From positions 347 to 64,346 of the forward strand of contig JBCNVA010000141.1 of assembly GCA_039630445.1 (NCBI GenBank): a stretch of 64,000 bases of DNA. Direction: 5' to 3'. Position numbers and translations under genes: made by a program. Each line of letters starts with the position of its first letter. The stretch's first letter is position 1. Shown here piece after piece: positions 32,974 through 41,977 of this stretch. Source of the DNA: Armatimonadota bacterium. Lineage in GTDB: Bacteria; Armatimonadota; Fimbriimonadia; Fimbriimonadales; GBS-DC. The notes beneath the pieces were generated by a model that did no database searches, was not told the DNA's origin, and saw only the letters and a program-made list of their open reading frames with translations.

Positions 32974-35085
32974 ATGCTGTCGAAGGCGTTTCAGGCGCGG
33001 ATCGAGCGTGCGCTTGCGGACGAGGTGTTGCGCGCCGCGTTGCGCACGGGCGTGAGCAACTTTGAGCCGGCGCGTCGCGCCGCCTGGGCGGCGCTGCCCG
33101 ATGCCCCTCGCGTGCGTGCGCGTGCAGCAGCGATTCGTGCCCAGACCCTGAAACAGCTCCCGCGCTACTTGGAGCAGTTCACCCAACAGGTGGAGCGGCG
33201 AGGTGGCAGGCTCTTTTTCGCCCGCACAGCAGCCGATGCCTGCCGCTACATCGTGCAGCTGGCGAAGGCACGGGGCGTGTCGCTTGTCGCCAAAAGCAAG
33301 TCGATGGTCAGCGAGGAGATTGGCTTGAATGAAGCCCTCCAGCACGCGGGCATCCGCGTGGTGGAGACCGATCTGGGCGAATTTATCGTCCAGCTGGCAG
33401 GCGAACGCCCCTCGCACATCATCACCCCCGCGATTCACAAACGCCGCCACGAGATCGCGGCTATCCTGCACGAGCATCTGGGGATGCCCCTGACTGACGA
33501 CATTCAGGCAATGACGGCGGCAGCACGCGCCGCGCTGCGCGAGGTGTTCCTAAGCGCTCAGATGGGCATCACGGGCGTCAACTTCGGGATCGCCGAAACG
33601 GGCACGCTGATGATTTTCTCCAACGAGGGCAACGCCCGCATGGTCAGCACGCTGCCGCCGATCCATGTAGCCCTGATGGGGCTGGAACGCCTCGTGCCCA
33701 CCTGGGAAGATGCCGAGATCCTGATGCGGGTGTTACCCCGCAGTGCGACGGGGCAAGCCGTCACCGCCTATGTCTCGATGCTGACCGTGAATCACTGGGA
33801 CACGAGCGACGATGCGCCGGGTGAACTCCATGTGGTGATTGTGGATAACGGGCGGTCGCGCTGGCTGGGCACGCCGATGGAGGACGCCCTCCGTTGCATC
33901 CGCTGCGGCGCCTGCTTAAATGTGTGTCCCGTGTATCAGGCAATTGGCGGACACGCCTACGATTCGGTCTACCCTGGTCCGATTGGCGCGATCGTGACGC
34001 CGATGCTCACCGATTCGCACCGTGCCGAATTAGCCCATGCCAGCACGCTCTGCGGCGCCTGCACAGAGGTCTGTCCAGTAGGAATCCCGCTGCACGATTT
34101 GCTGGTGCGCTGGCGTGCGATGGCGTTCAAACAGTGCCTGCCTTGGTGGGAACGGCTGGGGCTGAAACTCTACGGATGGATCGCGCGGCATCCGAGCCTC
34201 TGGGCACGCGCCGTCCGATGGGGCACTCGCTGGGTAGCCCGTCAAGCCCATAACGGCTGGATCCCTAATGCTAAAGGACCCCTCAAGGGCTGGACGGCTG
34301 TGCGCGACCTCATCGCGCCGCAACAGGGCAACTGGCGTGTGAACCCGCCCGCACCGACGCATTCCCAAGCCGTTATCCCGCGCTCCAACCTCACGGTGCG
34401 GGAACGAAAGGTGGAGGGCAAGTCTCCTGTCAAGCCCAACTACCCCCCCTTGGAATCGCACCCCTCCGACAACGAGTCGCCAGAACCTGCGTGGACGCTG
34501 AGTCCCGAAGCCGACCTGCTGCTCGCGTTGGAGAAGGCGTGGCAGGCATTAGGCGTGATCGGCGCTGTGTGTCAGAGCGAGCAGGAAGCCGTGGAGCGCG
34601 TCTGCCAAATTATCGCCTCGGAAGGGGTGCGCACCGTGCTGGTAGAGCCACAGGTACTGAAGAACTGGCAGACGCTGGCAGACCAGCTGAGGCGCATGGG
34701 GCTGACCCTTTTGACAGGCACGCTGCCACGCGAGCCAGCCGAGCGGGCAGCCACAGCGCGGCAGTGGGCGACCGCCGAAGTAGGCATCACCGAAGCGATC
34801 GCCGCGTGGGCGGATACGGGCACGCTGGTGATGGGCGTTGGCGCAGGACGATTGCGCACCGCCTCGCTGCTGCCCCCCGTACACCTTGCGCTTTTGCGCC
34901 AGCGAAACCTTTACCCCTGCGCCGCCGCATGGGTCAAAGCCCAGCGTGAACGAGGCGAACTTCAAAAAGGGCTAACGGCTATCGCGATCACTGGTCCCAG
35001 CCGCACTGCCGACATCGAGAAGGTGCTGACCATCGGCGTGCACGGACCAGGTAGGGTCTATGGTGTGCTAATCAGGGAGCCTTAG
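32974..35085 (+). CDS. lutB: lactate utilization protein LutB (4Fe-4S) fused to a LutC-like LUD domain
   Basis: CIRCGACLNVCPVY and CGACTEVCPV ferredoxin motifs within a LutB-length region. The last ~200 aa (GITEAIAAWADTGTLVM...LPPVHLALL...GPSRTADIE) are LutC/LUD-like. Confidence 0.82.
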   Translation: MLSKAFQARIERALADEVLRAALRTGVSNFEPARRAAWAALPDAPRVRARAAAIRAQTLKQLPRYLEQFTQQVERRGGRLFFARTAADACRYIVQLAKARGVSLVAKSKSMVSEEIGLNEALQHAGIRVVETDLGEFIVQLAGERPSHIITPAIHKRRHEIAAILHEHLGMPLTDDIQAMTAAARAALREVFLSAQMGITGVNFGIAETGTLMIFSNEGNARMVSTLPPIHVALMGLERLVPTWEDAEILMRVLPRSATGQAVTAYVSMLTVNHWDTSDDAPGELHVVIVDNGRSRWLGTPMEDALRCIRCGACLNVCPVYQAIGGHAYDSVYPGPIGAIVTPMLTDSHRAELAHASTLCGACTEVCPVGIPLHDLLVRWRAMAFKQCLPWWERLGLKLYGWIARHPSLWARAVRWGTRWVARQAHNGWIPNAKGPLKGWTAVRDLIAPQQGNWRVNPPAPTHSQAVIPRSNLTVRERKVEGKSPVKPNYPPLESHPSDNESPEPAWTLSPEADLLLALEKAWQALGVIGAVCQSEQEAVERVCQIIASEGVRTVLVEPQVLKNWQTLADQLRRMGLTLLTGTLPREPAERAATARQWATAEVGITEAIAAWADTGTLVMGVGAGRLRTASLLPPVHLALLRQRNLYPCAAAWVKAQRERGELQKGLTAIAITGPSRTADIEKVLTIGVHGPGRVYGVLIREP

Positions 35086-35841
35086 ATGACGGTGCAACTG
35101 TTTGCCACTTGTCTGGTAGAGAGCTGGCGCCCAAGTTGTGCGATCGCTGCGGAGCAGCTGCTTCAGCATGTGGGCGTGCGCGTGCATCGCCTGCTGCGCG
35201 TCGGATGCTGCGGGCAGGTTGCCTTCAACGCAGGCGATTGGGACACCGCTCGCAAAATGGCGATCGCCTGGCTGCACGCGGCAGACCCCGCGATGCCTGT
35301 CGTGATGCCTTCTGGCTCATGCGCCGCGACGGTGCGACATAATTACGCCCTGCTACTGAGCCGATCTCGCTATGAAACCCGCTGGCACACCATTGCCAAT
35401 CAGACCTTTGAGCTGAGCCAGTTTCTGGTAGAGGAACTCCAGGCGGAATTGCACGGGTTTCGCTCAGAGAATGAAGTGGTGACTTATCACCCTTCCTGCC
35501 ACCTGCTGCGAATGCTGCAAGTTCAAGATGCCCCTGTGCAACTGATTCGGCAGGTGCAGGGGGTGCAATATGTGCCGCTGCCCGAAGCGGAGGTGTGTTG
35601 TGGCTTTGGCGGGCTGTTTGCTGTGCATCTGCCCCAGCTATCGGGCGCACTGCTTATGCGCAAACTGGAAGCGATTGAGCAGACGGGTGCATCAACTGTG
35701 CTGGGCTGCGACTGGAGCTGCCTGATGCACCTCGCGGGCGGCTTGCACCGCACTGGCATGCCTGTTCGTGCCATGCACCTCGCCGAATGGCTGATAGAAA
35801 AGCGCATAGCGAATTGTGAACAGCGTGCTGAAAAACAGTGA
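35086..35841 (+). CDS. lutA: lactate utilization protein LutA ((Fe-S)-binding, CCG-domain protein)
   Basis: VQLFATCLVE...PSGSCAATV...HPSCH...CCGFGG. Two CCG domains. Confidence 0.85.
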   Translation: MTVQLFATCLVESWRPSCAIAAEQLLQHVGVRVHRLLRVGCCGQVAFNAGDWDTARKMAIAWLHAADPAMPVVMPSGSCAATVRHNYALLLSRSRYETRWHTIANQTFELSQFLVEELQAELHGFRSENEVVTYHPSCHLLRMLQVQDAPVQLIRQVQGVQYVPLPEAEVCCGFGGLFAVHLPQLSGALLMRKLEAIEQTGASTVLGCDWSCLMHLAGGLHRTGMPVRAMHLAEWLIEKRIANCEQRAEKQ

Positions 35842-36214
35842 CGGGGGCAAACTGCGGGGAATCGATCCCTATTCGCGAATAAATTAGGGTGGAATCGCCC
35901 AGAAATTCGCCGATATGCCCACGAATTAAGCAGGAATCGCGGTGAAGAGGAGGTACTCTTTCTCTCGAAAAGATGGATTGCGAGAAGTGTTTGGAGTGAG
36001 CGAAAGGAAGGGGCATAGAGGCTCCTTAGATGGTGTACTCCTGTTGAATTATGCCGGGTCATTGTACCGAAGTCGGCGCGGTGTAGGGTGCATCGCTCCG
36101 CCCAAGTGGGAGTGCTGGCGTCGCCTCATTGCATCGGCAACCGCTGAATCACTCCCCAACCTGATGAGTCAGGTGCAGAGGACACCGACCTAATAGCTTG
36201 TCTGCATAACAGGG

Positions 36215-37927
36215 ATGACCATGAAAACGAGAAGGAGATTGGTGGCGGTATTAGTGAGCAGTGTGTGGGTTTATCAGGGATTGGCACAAGCGTTGCGCAC
36301 GCCTGACGGTACGCTCTGGGCTGGAACAACCTTTACTTTGCGCGCGATGGCGACCGGCTCTACGGGACAGCTGATGGCGCTTTCCAACATGGCACAGGTG
36401 CGGGTGGGGCAGATTGTCCGCTGGCAGTGGGAGTATGAGTTGCCCCCCTACCTAACCGTTACCTCGGGTGAGGGCTGGTTCACGCTGCTGGTGCAAAACA
36501 AGGGTAATGGTATCGACGCTCTGCAACTGGGGATCGCAACCAGCGAGGGTTTGGGAACCAGTCCGTGGCAAATTAGCCTCTTTGAACAGCTGGAGCCGAA
36601 TCAGCTCTTTGGAGATGCGAGACCCGTTAGCGAATCCACCACCCCCTTTATGCCAATGGAGCATCGTCGTTTGTTCATTCGGGTACGCCCACCATCTGAC
36701 AGAAACACCGATGGCGTCTTTCTCACGCTCAACATGCGTTCAGTAGTTGGTGCACGAACATTACCCTTCGCTGAGTTCGTCGCAGGCGCAGAAACGCTTA
36801 TCTATCCCCACACCACAGCCAGCACTTGGACAGGCTACTCGCTGGCAGCACCGCCTCAATTGCTGAATGGACGGCTCTACTGGATTGCTGCTATGGATTC
36901 GCGTGTATACTTCTTTTCCACCACACGCCCGCTCAATGCCGACAATACTTTCTACAACAACATCCAGTACGAAGCGGCCTTGCGCGGAATCGTCCCTAGC
37001 GGACAAGGCGCAGTGATCGGTAATCGCTGGTATCTGATGAATAGGCAGGGATTCATCGCTTACTTCGATTGGACCCAGGCGACTGGTGGGGTAAATGTCT
37101 CCGTGCAGTGGCTTTCGATGGGTGGTCTGGTTGCCAATCCCAATTTGCCGATGGTTAGCGATGGTACTCGTCTCTATTTCGCGTTGACCAACCAACAACT
37201 GGGGATATACCATCCCACCACTAACGGGTTCAGCACGCTGCAAGTGGCTAACCCCACCCCTATTCGGATAGTGCAGCGGCTGCCGCAGGGGCTTGTCTTG
37301 GTGGGGCGCGATGGCGGGCGGTTTGACCTGATTGGGTCTGGCAATCTGGTAGAAAGCACAATGATGCTAGGTAGCGCAGATTCGATTATAGGAGCAAGCG
37401 TGGACGAGCAGCGCAACACGCTGCTGGTTGCCTGCGGCGCACGGCTCGGTTGCTACCACCTGCTGCAGCGCCAGTGGCTCTGGAGCGTAGCGGTTGATGC
37501 GCCGATAGTTGCCCCTCCTGTCTACGACTCGACTACCGACTCGGTCTACATCTTCACCCGCGATGGCTGGCTCCATGCCTTTGACGCTGCAATTGGTGTT
37601 CCATCTCTGTTCTATCCGCACCAGCTCATCCCTGATGCGCCTGTCATCAAAGCCGCTATGCAAGTTTTGAGCCGAGCTGACCGCAAAGTGCCCTATATCT
37701 ACTTAGCAGCGCAGCTGGACACAGGGGATGTGCTTACGACCCGTGTGCTGCAAGTGACTGCCGTGAACCCGTTCAATCGATTCTACAGCACCTCCGTTAT
37801 GCAAGGCGCTGTGTTAGGTGAAAGCCTGCTGTTTACGGGCACAAGCAACCGCGATTTATTGCTCGTCTGGTGCTGGAGTGGAGGCGACACGAATCGGGGA
37901 CGGTTCTATGGCTTCCGTCTGAGATAG
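36215..37927 (+). CDS. secreted protein, N-terminal beta-sandwich-like region plus PQQ/BamB-like beta-propeller region, function unknown
   Basis: Signal peptide MTMKTRRRLVAVLVSSVWVYQGLAQA. C-terminal repeats such as VYIFTRDGWLHAFDA and LYWIAAMDSRVYFF suggest propeller blades. Confidence 0.6.
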   Translation: MTMKTRRRLVAVLVSSVWVYQGLAQALRTPDGTLWAGTTFTLRAMATGSTGQLMALSNMAQVRVGQIVRWQWEYELPPYLTVTSGEGWFTLLVQNKGNGIDALQLGIATSEGLGTSPWQISLFEQLEPNQLFGDARPVSESTTPFMPMEHRRLFIRVRPPSDRNTDGVFLTLNMRSVVGARTLPFAEFVAGAETLIYPHTTASTWTGYSLAAPPQLLNGRLYWIAAMDSRVYFFSTTRPLNADNTFYNNIQYEAALRGIVPSGQGAVIGNRWYLMNRQGFIAYFDWTQATGGVNVSVQWLSMGGLVANPNLPMVSDGTRLYFALTNQQLGIYHPTTNGFSTLQVANPTPIRIVQRLPQGLVLVGRDGGRFDLIGSGNLVESTMMLGSADSIIGASVDEQRNTLLVACGARLGCYHLLQRQWLWSVAVDAPIVAPPVYDSTTDSVYIFTRDGWLHAFDAAIGVPSLFYPHQLIPDAPVIKAAMQVLSRADRKVPYIYLAAQLDTGDVLTTRVLQVTAVNPFNRFYSTSVMQGAVLGESLLFTGTSNRDLLLVWCWSGGDTNRGRFYGFRLR

Positions 37928-37943
37928 GTACAATACACTTAGC

Positions 37944-38873
37944 ATGTGGGCGATTGAGACGCGCGGACTGCGCAAAGTCTTTCGCTCTCTTCTGGGGGGC
38001 AAACCGATCGTCGCAGTCGACCATTTAGACCTGCAAGTGCCCATCGGATGCGTGTTCGGCTTTTTGGGACCAAATGGCGCAGGCAAGACCACCACTATCC
38101 AGATGCTGATTGGCAATGTGCGCCCGACGGCGGGACAGGCGTGGGTGCTGGGCTACCCAGCCGGCTCCATTCATGCTAAAAAGCGACTGGGCTTCCTGCC
38201 CGAAAAGTTTCAATTCCATGACTTCCTCACGGCAGAGGAGCTTCTGCGCCTACACGGACGCTTAGCCCGCATGGAGCGTAGCCTGTTGAATCGTCGCATC
38301 GATGAGGTGCTGGAGCTGGTGGGGCTGACCGAGCGGCGCAAGAGCAAGATCCGCGAGTTCTCGAAGGGTATGCAACAGCGCATCGGGCTGGCACAGGCGA
38401 TTCTGCACGACCCCGACCTGGTGATTCTGGACGAGCCAACCTCGGCGTTGGATCCGCTGGGGCGACGGCGCGTGCGCGAGGTCATCCAGTACCTCAAGCA
38501 GCGAGGCAAGACGGTGTTTCTCAACTCCCACCTGCTCTCGGAGGTGGAACTAAGCTGTGACTATGTGGCGATCCTAAACAAGGGGCGCGTGGTCAAACAG
38601 GGCGTGCTGGAGGAGCTGCTGGTCAATCGCTCGGTGGTCACTATTGAGCTGCGCCAAGTGACGCCTGCTGTGCTGGAGGCGCTCAGGCGAGTTGCCCAAA
38701 AGGTGCAGCCTGTCGACGAGCGGCGTGTCGTAGCCGAAGTGGCGCAGGAGACACAAGTGCCTGAGCTGGCGCGCGCCGTTGTGACGGCGGGTGGTGAACT
38801 GACGAGCTTCCAGGCGCAGCGGGAAAGCCTCGAGGATCTCTTCATCCAAACAATCGAGGGGGAGGGGAAGTAG
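37944..38873 (+). CDS. ABC transporter ATP-binding protein (ABC-2 / DrrA-like)
   Basis: Walker A GPNGAGKTT, signature FSKGMQQR, Walker B LVILDEP. Confidence 0.9.
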   Translation: MWAIETRGLRKVFRSLLGGKPIVAVDHLDLQVPIGCVFGFLGPNGAGKTTTIQMLIGNVRPTAGQAWVLGYPAGSIHAKKRLGFLPEKFQFHDFLTAEELLRLHGRLARMERSLLNRRIDEVLELVGLTERRKSKIREFSKGMQQRIGLAQAILHDPDLVILDEPTSALDPLGRRRVREVIQYLKQRGKTVFLNSHLLSEVELSCDYVAILNKGRVVKQGVLEELLVNRSVVTIELRQVTPAVLEALRRVAQKVQPVDERRVVAEVAQETQVPELARAVVTAGGELTSFQAQRESLEDLFIQTIEGEGK

Positions 38874-38875
38874 AG

Positions 38876-39715
38876 ATGCTGGTTATCATCACCTTGACGC
38901 TGCATGAAGCTTTGCGCCGACGCGCTTTTCTTGGCACTATCATCATCCTCTTGGCGCTTTACGGACTGAGCTTTTTGCCCAAGGCGTTCCATCAAGCGCT
39001 GGGCGGCAGTCCGCAAAGCTTCGAAATGGGCGTGAATCTTATGATCCTGTTTGGAGTGGACATCATCAAGTTTTTCTCGTCGGTGTTGGCGATTTTGCTG
39101 TGTGCAAGCGCGATTACCAGCGAGATTGAGCGTGGCTACTTGGCGGCGATTTTGCCGCGTCCACTGCACCGTTTTGAACTGTTTCTGGGCAAGTGGCTGG
39201 GCGTGATGCTCTTTTGCGGGGCGAATGCGCTGCTCTGGACGGCATTACTATGGGTTTCGGTAGCGTTGCAGACCCGCCCGCGGGCTGAGATGTGGCACGC
39301 CCTGCCTTATGTATTGCTCTATCCTCTGCTATATGGCACGCTGGCACTGGCGCTCTCCAGTTTCAGCAGTGCCCCCATCGCCTCGATGTTCACGGTGGCA
39401 GCAGGCGCATTCGCCTACTTTGCAGACCATTTCCTGCGCCCGATCGCTGCCTTTTTCGATGTGGAACTGCTACAGAAAATCGTGTACCTCTCGGAATGGG
39501 TGGTGCCGATGGCGGTGCTGAAACGGCTGGTCCAGGCACGATTGGATGTTCTGGTTCCACCTGGAATGAACGATCCCCCACCCTTTGGCACGCCCGAACT
39601 ACTGCGTTTTCTCAACCCTCCTGTGCAATCGTTTGATCTGGCGTATGTTGCGCTTTACATCTTGCTGGCGTTGGTGGTGGGCTTGGTCATCTTTCAGTAT
39701 CGTGATGTGCAGTAG
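38876..39715 (+). CDS. ABC-2 family transporter permease (NosY-like)
   Basis: 279 aa with about 6 hydrophobic helices. SAITSEIERGYLAAILPRP is typical of ABC-2 permeases. Confidence 0.75.
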   Translation: MLVIITLTLHEALRRRAFLGTIIILLALYGLSFLPKAFHQALGGSPQSFEMGVNLMILFGVDIIKFFSSVLAILLCASAITSEIERGYLAAILPRPLHRFELFLGKWLGVMLFCGANALLWTALLWVSVALQTRPRAEMWHALPYVLLYPLLYGTLALALSSFSSAPIASMFTVAAGAFAYFADHFLRPIAAFFDVELLQKIVYLSEWVVPMAVLKRLVQARLDVLVPPGMNDPPPFGTPELLRFLNPPVQSFDLAYVALYILLALVVGLVIFQYRDVQ

Positions 39716-39734
39716 GGGCACTCAGGGCGTGAGG

Positions 39735-39740
39735 TATACT
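39735..39740 (+). promoter_or_regulatory. -10 hexamer TATACT, 7 nt upstream of the site-2 protease ATG (leaderless start)
   Basis: gaggTATACTtggcacgATG. No SD. Confidence 0.5.
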
Positions 39741-39747
39741 TGGCACG

Positions 39748-40404
39748 ATGGATTGGGTTGAGCAAGCGGTAAGCTTTGTCCTGTGGCTGATGGCGGTGCT
39801 GGTGAGCCTCACCGTGCATGAGTTCGCCCATGCGAAGTATGCGCGCTGGGCGGGCGATCCGACACCAGAGGTGCAGGGGCGCGTGACGCTTAATCCGCTG
39901 GCTCACCTGGATCCGATGGGCACGCTGATGATTTTGATTGCGGCGTTTTCGGGGTACGGCTTCGGCTGGGGTAAGCCGGTGGAGATCAATCCGGGTTTCT
40001 TTCGCCATCCGCGCCGCGACTGGGTGATGTGCGCCTTCTGGGGACCACTTTCGAACATTTTGCTGGCGCTCATGTTTGCCGGGCTTGTGCGCCTGATGGT
40101 TGCGGCTCAGTGGGGATTGGGCACCGTCTTTTTTGAGTTTGCGTGGATTATGGTGCTGGCGAATCTGGGGCTGGCGCTTTTTAATCTGCTGCCCATTCAT
40201 CCGCTGGATGGCTCCAAGGTGCTCTCGGGCTTTCTGCGCGATGTGTTCGACCGCCGCTACTGGTCGTGGCAGATAACCTATGGTCCAATCCTGTTTCTGG
40301 TGCTGGTGCTGTTTGTGCCTGTGCTGACGCAAGGGGCGGTGTATCCTATCTGGATAGTGCTGGGACCCATCTACAACTTCGCTGCGCAACTGCTTCTGGG
40401 GTAA
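39748..40404 (+). CDS. site-2 protease family (M50) membrane metalloprotease
   Basis: HEFAHA zinc motif in TM1, and NLLPIHPLDG further on. Confidence 0.85.
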   Translation: MDWVEQAVSFVLWLMAVLVSLTVHEFAHAKYARWAGDPTPEVQGRVTLNPLAHLDPMGTLMILIAAFSGYGFGWGKPVEINPGFFRHPRRDWVMCAFWGPLSNILLALMFAGLVRLMVAAQWGLGTVFFEFAWIMVLANLGLALFNLLPIHPLDGSKVLSGFLRDVFDRRYWSWQITYGPILFLVLVLFVPVLTQGAVYPIWIVLGPIYNFAAQLLLG

Positions 40405-40419
40405 AATAGAAAGAGACAG

Positions 40420-40512
40420 GGAGCGGTGCCCGAGTGGCTGAAGGGACACGACTGGAAATCGTGTAGCCTCCCAAAAGGGGGCTCGTGGGTTCGAATCCCA
40501 CCCGCTCCGCCA
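40420..40512 (+). tRNA. tRNA-Ser (anticodon GGA), long variable arm, CCA encoded
   Basis: Hand fold: GGAGCGG-TG-CCC..GGG-A-CACGA-CTGGAAA-TCGTG-(variable arm AGCCTCCCAAAAGGGGGCTC)-GTGGG-TTCGAAT-CCCAC-CCGCTCC-G-CCA. Confidence 0.95.
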
Positions 40513-40552
40513 TTTTGTTTATGGGGAATCTGGCAGGAGGTCGGGGAGAGCG

Positions 40553-41977
40553 GTGAGCCGATGGTTCTGGCGCGTGTTGCTTACTATCGGCGGGTTGCTC
40601 GGCTCCTATGTGGGTATGAGCTGCCTGCTGTTTGTGTTGAGCGTGCATCGCGCCAGCCTCTCGCAGCAGAGTGACCACGGGCATCCTTTTCCCTTACCAG
40701 AGCCGTCTGATCGCCTGCTGATTGTCGCGCCGCATCCCGATGATGAAGTGCTGGGCTGTGGTGGGCTGATTGCTGAAGCGGTTCGGCGGGGCGCGCAGGT
40801 GCGCGTGGTCTTTTTGACCAACGGCGATGCCTATCCTGCAGCAGCGACCTTGCTGTGCCGAAGTACGCCGACGGCACGCGACTTTATCAAGCTGGGCACG
40901 CTTCGGATGCAGGAGGCGCGGCGGGCAGGAGAGCTGCTGGGACTTCCCGCCCATGACCTCATCTTTCTGGGCTATCCCGATCGCCAGCTCTGGCGGATGG
41001 CGACCAACGGCGACAAACCCCTGCTTGCATCCACAACTCGCTGTGCGCGTGTGCCCTATGCTGAGGCATTCCGTCCTCACGCGCCCTACCGCGCCTCTGC
41101 GCTCGTGGAGGACCTGCGCTGCATTCTTAGCGATTTTCAGCCCACGCAGATTTTCGTGACGCACCCGCTGGACGATCATCCTGATCACATGGTCGCCTCA
41201 CTCTATGTGCGTGAGGCGATCGCGCAGGCAAAGGAGCGGGGCGAGCTGCTGGTTAATCCCCAAATCGTTTACTACCTCGTCCACAGGGGCGATTGGCCGC
41301 TCCCGCAAGGCTACTATCCTAACCAGCCCCTTGTGCCACCGCGAGGGCTAACGCATGAGCCGTGGCTTCACCTACCCCTGCAAGAGGAGATAGGCGCAAT
41401 AAAGCGTCAAGCGCTTCATGCCCACGAATCACAATTTGCAATCATGTCGCGCTTCCTAAGCAGTTTTTTGCGCACCAACGAGCTGTTCCTGAGGGATCAA
41501 ACGCAGCCCGCGTATACTTTCCAAAACCCTGTGGATGATAGCCCGCTGTTGCGCCTGCGTCCAGGGGCAGACCTGCGCCAGATGGAGGTGGAGCCTGCTC
41601 GTCTCGGCTTACGCCTTCGGCTCGAAACACGCGACCCTTTGACCGCGCCCCTGCGCCTGCACATCACTTTGATCCTGATATCACGCACAGGAGAATGGCA
41701 GACACGCACATGGCTTTATGTGCCAGGGCGCGCGCGGGCATTTGATGGGCTGGTGGAAGTGCAGGGGCAGCAACTCCAGTTCTGGCTGCCCGTGCCTGAG
41801 CTGCGGCGCGCCCGACGCGCCTATCTGCTGGTGCAGTCACGCCTGTATCAAGTGGAGCTGGATCGAAGTGGGCTGTTGCCTATTCCGCTCGCGCCTTCGA
41901 GCGAGCATGCAATCGGGGGATCGGATGCCCCATCGCGTGGAGCAGACCGGCAATCTGCTCCATCAGGTAGTCGGTGA
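40553..41977 (+). CDS. PIG-L/LmbE-family deacetylase with N-terminal membrane anchor and ~200-aa uncharacterised C-terminal domain
   Basis: LLIVAPHPDDEVLGCGGLIA...VVFLTNGD. GTG start. The last 98 nt overlap the convergent plsC-like gene. Confidence 0.75.
   Translation: MSRWFWRVLLTIGGLLGSYVGMSCLLFVLSVHRASLSQQSDHGHPFPLPEPSDRLLIVAPHPDDEVLGCGGLIAEAVRRGAQVRVVFLTNGDAYPAAATLLCRSTPTARDFIKLGTLRMQEARRAGELLGLPAHDLIFLGYPDRQLWRMATNGDKPLLASTTRCARVPYAEAFRPHAPYRASALVEDLRCILSDFQPTQIFVTHPLDDHPDHMVASLYVREAIAQAKERGELLVNPQIVYYLVHRGDWPLPQGYYPNQPLVPPRGLTHEPWLHLPLQEEIGAIKRQALHAHESQFAIMSRFLSSFLRTNELFLRDQTQPAYTFQNPVDDSPLLRLRPGADLRQMEVEPARLGLRLRLETRDPLTAPLRLHITLILISRTGEWQTRTWLYVPGRARAFDGLVEVQGQQLQFWLPVPELRRARRAYLLVQSRLYQVELDRSGLLPIPLAPSSEHAIGGSDAPSRGADRQSAPSGSR

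Noticed and set aside
36161-36168. CUGAUGAG hammerhead-ribozyme core motif (also at 45887-45894)
   Set aside because: In both places a short stem II can be drawn. The obligatory GAAA element and a cleavage-site helix do not follow, so the match is probably chance.
35942-36193. 83-aa GTG-initiated ORF in the 373-bp spacer
   Set aside because: It has an Arg/Gly/Ser-rich low-complexity sequence and no convincing SD or family motif. I treat the region as non-coding (see findings).
41880-41977. 98-nt convergent overlap between the PIG-L deacetylase and plsC-like genes as a sign of mis-annotation or a frameshift
   Set aside because: Both ORFs have good motifs well inside their bodies and natural stops. 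The PIG-L tail is low-complexity and may be partly non-functional, but nothing indicates a pseudogene.
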